Assembly: GCF_006345805.1 (NCBI RefSeq)
Contig: NC_042999.1
Span: 115,816,001 to 115,880,000 of the forward strand
Reading direction: 5' to 3'
Source of the DNA: Octopus sinensis
Lineage: Eukaryota
Length of the DNA: 64,000 nt
Below, piece after piece: positions 1 to 12,225 of the stretch; within the stretch, counting starts at the first letter, position 1, and every line of letters begins with the position of its first letter. The position numbers were made by a program, and so were the translations under genes. Below the pieces are notes generated by a model. The model was not told the DNA's origin. It was given only the letters and a program-made list of their open reading frames with translations, and made no database searches.

Positions 1-69
1 GCTGCGTTGTCGAAATATTTTAGAATTAATGTTATTGTAGTCGTGTCCTCAGTGGTTATAACTTTGATT

Positions 70-295
70 GTGACGGCGTATAGCCTAGTGGTTAGGATAT
101 AGTACTGGCGATCACGAGATCGTGGTTTCAATTCCTGGACCGAGTGATGCGTTGTGTTCCTGAGCAAACTACTTCACCTCACGTTGCTCTGCGACTATTT
201 TGGCACCTGACGTGTAGTATACCACTAACCTGTTCGAGCAACATCAATGTTATGGACGGAATGAGCTACAGTGCAGCACAAACATTGATCATCAT
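70..295 (+). mobile_element. tRNA-derived SINE (degenerate)
   Basis: A-box-like TAGCCTAGTGG and B-box-like GGTTTCAATTCC, followed by a GTTGTGTTCCTGAGCAA body segment also seen at 4260-4500. No tRNA 3' acceptor stem. Confidence 0.6.
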
Positions 296-530
296 GAAGG
301 TGGCGAGCTGGCAGAAACGTTAGCACGCCTGGCGAAATGCTTAGTGGTATTTCGTCTGCCGTTACGTTCTGAGTTCAAATTCTGCCGAGGTCGACTTTTC
401 CCTTCATCCTTTCGGGGTCGATAAATTAAGTACCAGTTACGCACTGGGGTCGATGTAATCGACTTAATCCATTTGTCTGTTCTTGTTTGTCCACTCTATG
501 TTTAGCCCCTTGTGGGCAATAAAGAAATAA
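296..530 (+). mobile_element. Octopus-type SINE (family B) with 17-bp target-site duplication
   Basis: GGTGGCGAGCTGGCAGAA...GAGTTCAAATT...CATCCTTTCGGGGTCGATAAA...; flanked by CAAACATTGATCATCAT (279-295) and CAAACGTTGATCATCAT (531-547). Confidence 0.85.
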
Positions 531-1140
531 CAAACGTTGATCATCATAAACAAGTCATTTCTGCAGTGTATTCAGCAAGAAATTGTAGAAGCGTCTTTCT
601 TGGACTACGCGAGACCACCATCATAAATTTGATGTGAAATTACCGGTAGATATGGTTCTAAACAAACTGTACAAGTGGTCACATAGAAGAGAACTGAGTA
701 ACCTTTACGATGTGCGAAGTGAAAGCCATATATTGGAATTTTGTAGAAACTATTACTTATAGGGAGCTGAGTGCTCTGTCATCACATGGTATCATATATA
801 TATTTAAAATAATGGTTCTCGAAGCACATCACATACAGCTACAAAGAATAGCATGCAAAAACATACACGTTTGTACATATATCATACATACATATATAAA
901 TACATATGTATATGTATGCATGTATCCGTGTGTGTGTGTATGTGTGTGTGTATGTATCTGTGTGCATTGAAGTTATAAGAATTTAGGAACTTGGAGAGAT
1001 CGAGAAATAATCTACCAAGAGCATACAATTCTCGCTCGTAAGTATAAAGTTTTTAAAAAGGTATTGTGTGCATCAGCGTGTGTAAATGCAAACGAGCTGG
1101 TAGTACAATTTCCATAGTTTTGTGCATGCGTGACCCCCTT

Positions 1141-1141
1141 C

Positions 1142-1229
<88 letters not shown>

Positions 1230-1232
1230 AAT
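1141..1232. repeat. (TA)n microsatellite
   Basis: Direct reading. Confidence 0.95.
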
Positions 1233-1329
1233 ATATGCGTGTGGGGGTATGCATGTGTGTGTGCGCGCGCGAAGTTCTGTGCGCATGAGTGTAAGTGTGT
1301 GCGTACGCGGCTATATGTGGCTGGACTCT

Positions 1330-1700
1330 TACTATCCATTTATGTGTTCGAGTCTGAATACTGTTATTTACAAGCTTCTCTTTGCGATCACTGGCCTGGT
1401 TAAAAAAGACTCCACTCATCCTTAACTGGTCATTCCTTCCCGTTCTAACTCTTCCTTCTTTATTCTTTCTATTGTCTTACCAGCCTATCCATCCTCAAAT
1501 TCTCTATTTCTTTCTCTCTGATCACATCTTTCTACTTATGCGCAGCTGCCCACTCCCTTTGTTCTTTCCTATTATTCTCCTCTGTATCTAAATCCTCGTA
1601 GACAAAGTTGATGAAGACTTTTTTTACTTTCTCTTTATCCTTGAAGAACTTTATCTGATTATCTGAAACGTCGAAAAAACTTTCCTAACGATTTACGAAC
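1330..1700 (+). mobile_element. Probable 3' remnant of a Penelope-like element with a decayed hammerhead-like motif
   Basis: IYKLLFAITGLVKK resembles PLE endonuclease C-termini. It is followed by a pyrimidine-rich tract and TTGAAGA(1641-1647)...GAAACGTC(1665-1672), but stems I and II are poor. Confidence 0.3.
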
Positions 1701-3494
1701 TAATGGAACCCTTAAATTTTACTTATACAAAATAAGATACTTGGCAGTTCTGAGATGTGGTAAAAACGGAGTTGATCTTAATTTGTATACTAACAAATGT
1801 CATGATATGTCAGCTACCAAAATCTGAGTCAGAATTAGTATTACATTCGTATTTGAAAATCTTTAAAAACAATTTCCATCTATGTTCATAAATGATCCAG
1901 TTTATTCGATACTCCATCAGCATTTTTCACCTCCTCACAGGATTCCAATTTACTTTCAGATTGAATAAAGTAAAGATTAACTTTGTGCATAAAGGGTCAA
2001 ATGGGATTCCAATTTAGCATTAAACTAACAAACAAAAAAGAAACGTCATTCTGACACGCAATCATATCATCCATCGCAAAGCTGCAATTTCTTTGACAGC
2101 CGCTAAAATGGTCGTTCTCAAACAAGGGAGAGAATCAAATCAAAGTTGGCACTTATAAATATTCATCAACTATATAAAATATGACAAAAAATACGAAAAA
2201 CAAATATTTTATCTCACATGTCTTCATATTATTAACTGAAATGTTTATATCAAAATACAATACATGAGTATGTTACTGAATTCTTTATTTAATGACCCCA
2301 GGAAGATGGGTGACAAAAGTCGATATCGTAGAACTTATAGAGATATAACTAAATACTGAAAATAATTTTGTCCGGAGATCTACCGATTTTATCAATATAT
2401 CACAGTAACTTATCTTACAATAAAGAGTTTAAAAAAGCAATATGAATTCATATAATGATATTTCTATTAATTGTTGACTAATTTGTGTTAGTGTTTATGA
2501 TTAATTTCTTATATTACTGTTAACAATTAAGTAATCATATATTATTGTTACATGTGCATCATTCATTTACAGGAAACATTACCTCTATTTAATAATGATA
2601 TTTTCTCAGGTCAACAAGGTGTCCTGTGGCAGATGTTGCAGTTTCTCTGACCAATATATTCTCTGCTCATCTGCTGAATTTACTGAGCTCGAGATGGTTT
2701 GATTTAAGATATTTTAAAACCATACTCTGAGAATATGTCTCTCATATAACATCGGCCATGGCATAAAAAACAATGCTATTCAATGCATAATGACCAACAC
2801 AAATTTATTAACGTTTTATTAAAAACAAAACCTCCATAAAATGAACTAAAGGAAATAACTCAAGTGGTCTATTGTTAAGAAGTGATGTATTGAAAGACGT
2901 ATGCAAAACATTCCAAATTAGTTGAAATTTTCTATATATAAAATACATTTTAGAATGATCAAAGCAGGATTCAGTAAACTATGCAATACTCATGAGATAT
3001 CAATCGACTGAATCATGTCCAAATCTGTCTTTTGAAAAAAATAAATGCGATTTTCTCCTCGGTGAAATTTTGCGAAATTAATCTTTAATTTCATGAGATT
3101 ATCTCTCCCTTATTGACAGTAACCATTGGGTTTCTGTCCTCGAATGAGACGGAATTTTCAGTTAATTAACGTTCTTTTATGTAAGACATTCCATTAGCAA
3201 CTTTATTACTTTGGTGCTGCTTTTAAGTACAGCTGGGTGCAAATTCATTGTTGTAAGTAATAACAACACTGAAGTTTTAACGAATATTTCGCTGAGTTTC
3301 TTTGGTTCAGTTCTCCTAGCACGGAAACGTATCTGCGGTATACCAATGCCCTGTCCATGAGGATATGTATTACTCATCCACCAAACATGACGGAAATAGT
3401 AGAGGTGCACCATTTTAGTAGATTTATTTTCTTCAATCAAGCATTAGTTTTTATCTCGTCTTAGATGCTTTGACTATCGCTAAACAATCCAATC

Positions 3495-3667
3495 ATTTAC
3501 ATTCTTTACATTATTTACATTATTTACATTCGACGGATATTTGTCCTTATCTTGTTTGTTGTTAACACAACGTCTCGGCTGATATACCCTCCAGTCTTCT
3601 TCAGGTGTCTTGGGGAAATTTCAAACCTGGATTCTCATTCCTAAGGTATTTTTCGATGTTGTTGTTG

Positions 3668-3729
<62 letters not shown>

Positions 3730-3834
3730 GTTGTTGTTGTTGTTGTTGTTGTCAGTGTTCAGGTCACTGCTTGGAATCGAACTCGGAATCTTAAGGTTAG
3801 TAGCCCGCGCTCTTAACCACTAAGCCATATGCCC
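3495..3834 (-). mobile_element. tRNA-headed SINE-like element with internal (AAT/AAC)n and 3' hammerhead ribozyme (left arm of inverted pair)
   Basis: Minus strand: A box TGGCTTAGTGG (3827-3817), B box GAGTTCGATTCC (3784-3773), microsatellite, then GACAC-CTGAAGA-A-GACTG..CAGCC-GAGACGT-T-GTGTT. Confidence 0.8.
3564..3609 (-). ncRNA. Type I hammerhead ribozyme motif (A14->G and one stem II mismatch)
   Basis: Stem I GACAC/GTGTT, core CTGAAGA (3604-3598), stem II G(A)CTG/CAGCC, GAGAC in place of GAAAC, palindromic ACGT stem III. Confidence 0.7.
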
Positions 3835-3836
3835 GT

Positions 3837-3931
3837 GGGCGTAGTCGTTAAGAGCGCGAGTTATTAACCCCAAGATTCCGAGTTCGATTCCAAGCAGTGA
3901 CCTGAACAATAACAACAGCAACAACAACAGC

Positions 3932-3966
<35 letters not shown>

Positions 3967-4242
3967 TAATAATAATAATGATAATAATAATAATAATGAT
4001 AATAATAATGATAATAATAATAATGATGATAATAATAATAATAATAATAATAACAACAACAACATCGAAAAATACCTTAGGAATGATAATCCAGGTTCGA
4101 AATTTCCCCAAGACACCTGAAGAAGGCTGGAGGGTATATCAACCGAAACATGTAAACAACAAACAAGATGAGGACAATTATCCGTCGAATGTAAATAATG
4201 TAAATAATATAGATAATTCCTCATCTCTTAAATATAGAACTG
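3837..4242 (+). mobile_element. tRNA-headed SINE-like element with 3' hammerhead ribozyme (right arm of inverted pair)
   Basis: Reverse complement of 3495-3834 across a 2-bp spacer. B box at 3880-3891, A box partly deleted, extra tail AATTCCTCATCTCTTAAATATAGAACTG. Confidence 0.8.
4112..4157 (+). ncRNA. Type I hammerhead ribozyme motif (3' strand of stem I deleted)
   Basis: GACAC-CTGAAGA(4117-4123)-A-GGCTG..CAACC-GAAAC(4145-4149)ATGT. Confidence 0.65.
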
Positions 4243-4259
4243 AATCGAATCATTTACAT

Positions 4260-4500
4260 TAATTTTTGTCATCCTTCTCGAGTCATATAGACTCGGCTGG
4301 TTTCCCGGTTTCCCTGGCGTATATATTCCCCACCTGGGCGGGACGTCTGTTGCAGGATTATTCATTTTTGTCAGCTGAGTGGAGTGGAACAACGTGAAAT
4401 GAATTGTTTTGCTCAAGAACACAACACGTCAACCGGACCAGGAACCGAAACTACAATTTTACGATCATGAGTGCAACACTCTGATCACTAATCTACATTA
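4260..4500 (-). mobile_element. tRNA-derived SINE
   Basis: Minus strand tRNA-like head (..GTAGTTTCGGTTCCTGG) then GTTGTGTTCTTGAGCAA, as at 70-295. Confidence 0.6.
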
Positions 4501-5644
4501 ATGCCCAGCAACAGAAGCATTCACCAATATATAATCAATCCTGTTGACTTTTAGATTCAACTACTGACTTAAACCGGCCACATTTATAAGAAGACCTAAA
4601 ACAATCGATGTTTCGGATTTTCGCATGAATACACACAGAGCCGTTGATAAAGAAGTGTTTTGGTTTGATTTTGGACAACTCTCAATGCCGCAACAGGATA
4701 TGAATTGCTGATACTCGTCGTCAACTTGTCTGATACTCAATCAGCTGAGACTCTTTAATGGCCTAATTAGGAAACATTGTAATTGACGTTGAGACAAATT
4801 GTAAATGAGAAGATTATGCTGTTTTCTATTTGAATTTCATTTACTAAATGATGACGACAATTAAATCCATCTGATTACAAAGTTATTTCTCATTGGCTAG
4901 AAAGATTTTGTGTAGAAGAAAATATTTAGAGATTCCGGAATAATATTTTATTTCAACTTTAGGAAGGACTTAACGAACTTTCAATTTTCTGGTCTTTCTG
5001 TATTGTAGAATAGTGTGTTATTATTTTTCGCTAGTCCATATCTGCCCTTATCAAGCACGCCAATGATCAAATGTGATCCAGTTGTGGTAATCTCGTCTAT
5101 TGTTCAGGCATAATATATTTGACTATATTATTCGTCGTGCCTTAGTGTTTTAGGAGGCTATGGAGTGTGATTTGATATATATTTGGCGACTGTTTATAGC
5201 AAATCGAGTTACTATTCAAGGCTTCCGGCGCAAAGTTAACGTGGTTAACATTCACTTTGAACATATAAAGGTTCTTTGCTGAAGAGTCACATATGGATTC
5301 ACTTCTAAAATGAATAAAGCAATTAACTTGGGAAGATGTTCGTCTGTCAGCGTTAAAAAGGGTGATAGAACAAAACATTACTTTTGTGGTCAGTGGTTGT
5401 AATGTATCGGTAGGTAAAAGCTTGTCACAACCATATGGATCTTATTCTCTGGTTACAGTCGAAAGAGTACATGGTATCATATGTAATGCTCTAGTGGTGG
5501 GAACAATTCTTCAATGTGGACTTACTAGTATCTTATAAATTTTTGGAAAGTGTTAAGCACTAACAAATTTTGTTGTCCTGAAGAAAAAATATTTTATTTG
5601 CAATGCAATCATCGTTATGTAGGATATCTGTGGCTACTTCTCTA

Positions 5645-5720
5645 TATTCCGGCATATAAGTCGAATTTTCAAACCAGAATTTACAACCAAAAAAAGTAGG
5701 ACTGCTTATACACCAAGACG
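5645..5720. mobile_element. Possible Tc1/pogo-type MITE terminus
   Basis: TATTCCGGCATATAAGTCGAA...CTTATAC resembles pogo/Tigger-like MITE ends; the partner end was not established. Confidence 0.25.
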
Positions 5721-8700
5721 ACTTTCAGGAACCAAAAATTCTATGTCAAATACAGCAAGATTTGGAAAGATAGTGATGATGTTTGCACTACATGTTTACA
5801 CTATGTGTTGCGTTCACTAGTATTCTGAAAAATACGGCATTAAAAATCATGGGAGTCGGTAAGCTTTAGCATTTGTATAGAGACTGAAGGTTTGATACGA
5901 TTTATTTATTCATCTACCATTGGTTACAGGTTTTCATTGGATTGATCTTTGTTTTGTCGTATTTCTGATGGAAAGAATGATAGGAAAGTGTCTGTAACTC
6001 GATGGGAAATGAATGTCTTAAGGGATAGGGATTCGTTCCTAAAGCACCGGTTAGTTAACTTTCTCGCCGGTGCCAATATCCTTTCCCGATATACGTGATT
6101 TTATATACTTTCTGTTTACCAAATTCTACTTACAAAGTATTCATCAATCCGAGTCTATGAGAGGAGACATTCGCCCAAGGTGCCGAGCAGTAGGATTGAA
6201 CTCAGAACCACGTGACTTCTTAAACTCACAGTCGCCTGCACCCCGTTTTGACTGTGTTGTTCCTGAGCAGTGTGGGTATAGAGTTAGGCAAATATCTACG
6301 CTGTTTTTAACATTTGTGCACAATAGCCAAGAGAAAAGTATAGTTTTTAACTGTGTTGGAATGTATGTTAGACGGCGTGATACTAAGCAGTTCGTTAATA
6401 TGTATACGAAATATTCTTGGAGATTAAGATGCACCCTCATTTAAAAATACATCCGAGTTGGATGTAATTTATAGTAAGCTCCGTTATTAAATATTGCGTT
6501 AGAACGGTCTGACAAGTACTTTCTTATATCAATAACCTTTGTAAAAAAATATGTGAAACTAATCTTAGCAGAAAAGAAAAAAAAACTTCACACCAAAAGA
6601 ATATTGATAAAGTTATTCTATCAAGAAAGTATTGGAACTGGTTATGAGAAAGAAATGTTTAAGTCAGGATACTCAATTCTGGAAATAATAACGAACGAAC
6701 AGTTTGATATTTGTTACAGAGATTTTGTTAGGTATATCCATATAACTAGAACTACCAAATAAAACAAAAAGAAAAAGCCAACAAAATAATATTCTGGTTA
6801 CAGAAGATCGTGAAGAAAAATATGTCACGTATTCCTGCGACTAGTGCTGTATCTGTAGCTTATGACAATATTTATCCATGATCCGGTTTCGATTTTCGAT
6901 TGCAATAATTTCAGTTCATTGCGTTGAGAAAGGATTAACCATAGCACAGTCTTCGATTTCGTTTCTACTATAAGTCTAAATCCGTAAGCTTGTGTAAAAC
7001 GAAATATATATAAAAAAAGAAATCCCCACAAATATAAACCATAAACGGATTTCCCGAATAAGTTCCTGGAGAATCGATTCAGCTACTCAAGTTCAGTTTC
7101 TGACTGTAAATATTTTAATGAAACAAACATTTACTTGTACCTTTGAGAAAGCTAAGGATGTTACATAATTTCTTTAGCCTTTTGATAATCGAATGATTTC
7201 TGCCACTATAAGCATTAAATACATTTTAAGGTGCATTATGGAAAGGTCTTGAGTCCTTTTGGTTTCTTTTGACGAACGATAAAGGTTAGTATGTTTCGTG
7301 CAGTAAAAAGCTTGGAAAATTAGTTAAACTCGTGGTTTTTCCCTGTAGAATTAGTGATGTTGTAGCGCAAGTAACTCATACACACCACACACGTACACAC
7401 ATACATATACACCACAAACCCATGTACACACACACACGCGCACACACCGTTCCTCGGATTTCCATTAGTAAAATCAATATGAAGAAAATAAATTGATTTT
7501 TAGTATTACGGTTGACAGAACATAGTTTTTTACGGTGTAATTGCTACTTTATTTCAATCCTTCCGGCATTTATAAATCACTTTTCACGCTCCACTCACCA
7601 GTCTAATAACCACTTCAACATATTGCTCTCCAATTTATGCTGTCACGATCAAAACAATCCGAGTTTTATTTATTTGCCATAGATGTATCAATTAATCTTT
7701 GACACAAGTCGCCATTTAACAATAAAGTAACTAAAAGAGAAAGGGAGTGCTTTCAATTTTAAATCTTAATTTGTTTTCTCTTCATTCACAGTGGTTCGAA
7801 TACAGGCGAGGAAAGAGACTTGATGTAAATCTAATTAACTAGTGAGATTATTGTTATACAATCACCTATCTGTGAACTGTACAACGGTTATATTTCCCGA
7901 CAAGCTGTCTATACGAACTAGTTTTAATTACAGTTGCATGTCGCGCTTGTGACTTTGGCAGTAATTAATAGATTAAGCGAGAATGAGCGGGAGAGAAAGA
8001 GAGGGGCAGATGCAAGGAAGATAAGCTCCACTATTCTTATTTGGTCTCATTTGACAATTCTTTACATAAAAGTGGAGGCTTTAGTGGTGTTTACTTTGCG
8101 ATTTAGTTTCATTTCTTTATTTTTCCATTGAAAGTGATCTAAATGTTTTTTTTTTAATATGATAAACTACTTCTATCCCTCAGAATCTGTCACAGAAAAT
8201 TAAATATAATTCCCCTTAACATAGGCGTTTGTGGTTTTCGTAATCACAGATTCCACCATTTTCCAACTTCATACTTGCACTCTCTCTCTCTCTCTCGCGC
8301 GCGCGCTCACTCGGTCTCGCGTTATAATACCATTTTGATTTTTAACAATGAAATTATCAGCATGATGGGTTATTAATGAAAAAAACTAAATTCCAGCATA
8401 GTATATCTAGAACTACACTCTCTGAAATAACCTTTTTAAGGCAGAATGGTGTGATTTAATGTCAATTTAGCTGCTATTTCAATTAAATTGTGCGACTATT
8501 TACAGACTCGTTAATGATTTTTTTTATCTCTATCATGAACGATCAATATAAAGCATGAATTTAATAACTATTTCTTTATTACCCACAAGGGGCTGAACAC
8601 AGAGGGGCGAACTATGTCAGCAGTTGAGTTTCAGCTACTGATTGACGCCATTTTCATTTCCTTTATACCACTAATGCATCCTGGACAAAGGGCAAACGTC

Positions 8701-9444
8701 AGAACTTTCAATTCAACTGAACCACTGGCACTAATCGTCGAAAGCGACGGAGGGTCATTATAATATAAGATCAAGACCACAATCATATTAAATTGTTTCT
8801 CATATTTGCCATTAATTTGAGAAAAATGTTAGTATCACACAATAATCATTATTTTTATTTATAAGTGCTTATACGAAAAGTGAAAAATAGTTATTAAATA
8901 AAAAAATTAAGAGATCAAATGAATTTTTGAATAGATTTTTTTCTATTATTCTCTTCTGTTATTAACATTCAATTCAAAGTTGGTAACAAAACAACTGAAA
9001 TTGAATACTTGTGTATACTTTGTGGCAAGTCTGATTAGCAATCAAACAGAATCTAAGAATAAATACATTTAAGATGAGGAGACTATTGAACGCGTAAAAC
9101 AATGGACTTGAATTACATTTCCTAACAATGAGCAATACGTAAGCTATTTTTACTACAATTAAAATTGTTGAATATATTAGCCAACAGAAACTTAATAGCG
9201 AATTATATTTTCACAAGTCAATGAGGTTTTATAGTCACTGACATGCTGGACAGTGGCTTCAGGGTCGAATTAACCTTATAGCTTAAGCAACATTAGTTAC
9301 GGGTCTCACATTTCCGAGGATCCTGCGCTGAGTGCTTGCAAGCTGATCAATATCAAATGTGTAATTATGTTCTGTTTTTGGTGGAGCTTCTCTATATGTC
9401 TCCATTGAAGCCTAATGTCGGCTCCGTAACGATTAGATAATACA

Positions 9445-9487
9445 GTTCTATATTTAAGAGGAATTCATCATCTCTTAAATTTAGAAC
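9445..9487. repeat. 43-bp hairpin made of two inverted copies of the SINE-HHR 3' tail
   Basis: GTTCTATATTTAAGAG (9445-9460) / CTCTTAAATTTAGAAC (9472-9487); matches the tail at ~4215-4242. Confidence 0.7.
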
Positions 9488-9597
9488 AATATCAATTGGT
9501 TCCTCAAATAAGCAGTTTCTGCAAGCAATAACAACCAACTTCATCTTCATCTTATGATAGCCACTCTATATACATTGGTTCTTCATATCTATGTTTC

Positions 9598-9599
9598 TT

Positions 9600-9690
<91 letters not shown>

Positions 9691-9704
9691 CTATATTTAT
9701 ATAC

Positions 9705-9762
<58 letters not shown>

Positions 9763-9835
9763 CGTTTGTGTAAAACGTAAATCGGGAGAAGAAGTACACT
9801 CTAAGATGTAGAACCTCGAAGAGGTCTTAGGGCAA

Positions 9836-9906
<71 letters not shown>
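9598..9906. repeat. (TATC)n and (TA)n microsatellites
   Basis: Direct reading. Confidence 0.95.
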
Positions 9907-9909
<3 letters not shown>

Positions 9910-10589
9910 GTTTATAATTCGGTAATATTACCAGATTTCAGTTCAGGTAATGACAAAATGTGTCCAATATTTTTAGTAATACTACTCAAATGACATAATA
10001 CTTATAATGCTGTGATATTTCTCTGAATGCTTGGGAAAACTTATCTCTTTCCCATTTAAGATGTTCATCTTAGTTTAGTTTAGTTTAATAATTGAAAAAT
10101 GCACGCAATCTGAAAAGTAGTTCCTCTCACGGACAAGCTTTAATATCATTGTTGATACGCAAAAAGCAGGCAAAGGTGGATGTGTCCATTTCTGCCTTCT
10201 GAAAGGAATGGAAACTGAACAAAAGTTTTGTTCTAAAGAAAACCACTGAAGTTGTAAAGTCTCTCTCTTTTTTATAGAACAAGGGCTTTCATTTCGTAGT
10301 CAGAATGAAACAACTAACTCTTCTCAAAAATAGATATTACGTGCAGTTTTGAGAATTTGTGACTTACTGTGACTCCTTTCTATCGGATGATATAAAACAT
10401 ACATATATAGATATCACTTATATTTAGGTATTTAAGGAAATCCATTACTCTAATTGGATCCTGCATATTGGGTCTATGTAGGAAAGTAACACAAATATTC
10501 TGTTTCAATAGATTCTAGCTGGATTCTCTCATCTCTTTGACGAATGAGGGTCCAATAGTTCTAAGCTCGATTCTTTGTCGTGTCGTATG

Positions 10590-10735
10590 ATTTGGGAATT
10601 CAGGCCTATATGAGATTTTCGATTTTATCATTCATCCTTCCGGGGTCGATAAAGTACTCGTGGAGCACTAAAGTTGACTTAGTCACCTTTTCATTCGCAC
10701 CAAATTCATGCTTCGTGCCAGTGTTATTAATTGTT
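10590..10735 (+). mobile_element. SINE family B fragment
   Basis: TTCATCCTTCCGGGGTCGATAAAGTAC... matches 296-530. Confidence 0.65.
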
Positions 10736-12225
10736 TCTTTTGTCCTCAAGAGCCATGACATCGCTATCATCTTTTTTGACATTGGGTTTCTTCATGCATA
10801 ACGATCTGTATTCATCGACAGTGAAATCCCAAGTCTCTCATCTCGTCTTGTGCATGTTTTCACTAACTATATTATCCAGTGGATAGTTTTTCATTCCTTT
10901 TCTTTTCCTTTTTGCTCAAGTTCTTACTGGAAATTTTGTTGAACATAAAAAACATCCTTATGGAAATTATGAACCTTGCTCCTAGTGAATTTTATTACTA
11001 TTCAGTATATTATCACTAGAGAGGCATGATCACTAACATATGATCACTATCAGTCAAACCTCTCTCAAATCCTTAAATGATATCCAGTTGTCTTAAAAAC
11101 TAAAAACATATTAGTTAGCGTGACTTGATCTGTTATGTCTGAAACAAGTTTGGATTGTCATAGCTGGGCCGTCTTTAATAATAGATCTATCCGATCGCAG
11201 CTAGCTCGGATAAACAACGTGAGACCTGGCCTGATAGTTCTTATGGTAGAGTTTAATATGTTTTGAGTCTAAAACAGATGGATTCAGATAAAACTGTATT
11301 CATTAATTTTTGTTCAATTGAAACCTTTGATGTTTTGTAAGCCCTATCGATACAGTTAATAAGGCTTCCAGTGTATGTGAAATATTATCATAATCTTGCG
11401 ATTTCCCAACAGTGGCAACAAGTGATTTTGATACCTGAATTTAATAACCTGGTTATTTTGCTTAAACAAATATGTTTCACATACTTATTGACTCTATCAG
11501 ATATGTCCCGAATATAGTACACTTTGTCGGCATAATTTTTTTTATAATACTACCTCTTCTTCCATTAACATTTAAAGGGTAGAAGTCAAAGACTTCTCAA
11601 AAGAATTTGGAATCAAGAATTCCATAACATCACGCGATATATGGTAAACAACTGATCCATATGGCTATATCTTAAATGAATGCTGTCAGTCTATATATAA
11701 TAATATGATACAGAATAAAAGATTATTAGTTGATATACGACACAGAAAATTAAAGTTATACTGTTCTGGATTAAAGTTTGTTTTCATTGTTATCTACGTT
11801 AACGTTTACAAATTGTTCTGAATGTTTTTTTAAAGATTCACTTGACGTACAAAATGAAATTTTAGTAAGCATGCTGACACGTCTCATACATCGATAACAT
11901 TATTTTGCTTAGACTTTAACATTATGCTCCTTACAGATCGGGATTTCATAGAATAGCTTCCAGTAGTAATTTTATAAATTTCTTCATAAATTTACACAAA
12001 TGCTGTAATCGTTCTGAATAAAATTTCACCAAATTTCTATCGATTATATAACTGATGTGTAATCACAGTCGCTGGGGAAAGAATATAAAACAGAAAGATA
12101 ACGAAATTACTGTTTCAGCGAAATGTATGACTTTCAGAAAATAATATCAAAACGAACTCTATCAGTTATCTATTATACTAAAGATTTTTGCAGTCATTTT
12201 CGTACGTTTGTCATTCAATTTGATA

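Noticed and set aside
70-170. tRNA-like sequences (also at 3760-3900, 21785-21855 and 26145-26210)
   Set aside because: A/B boxes are present, but there is no closed cloverleaf or acceptor stem and each continues into a SINE body, so they are not called tRNA genes.
2610-2730. Acceptor-preceded frame STRCPVADVAVSLTNIFSAHLLNLLSSRWFDLRYFKTIL*
   Set aside because: No recognisable homology and no good donor or partner exon.
3177-3440. 87-aa non-repetitive minus-strand ORF
   Set aside because: Starts at a TTG, lacks clear splice signals and has no recognisable domain; length is compatible with chance.
4755-4800. Clusters of TAAT homeodomain-like sites (also ~7920-7980 and ~16445-16480)
   Set aside because: TAAT motifs are frequent in AT-rich DNA, and enhancer function cannot be supported without conservation data.
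6022-6087. Nested stem-loop (GCACCGG/CCGGTGC with outer GGGA/TCCC)
   Set aside because: Short stems with mismatches, no known RNA motif; plausible by chance.
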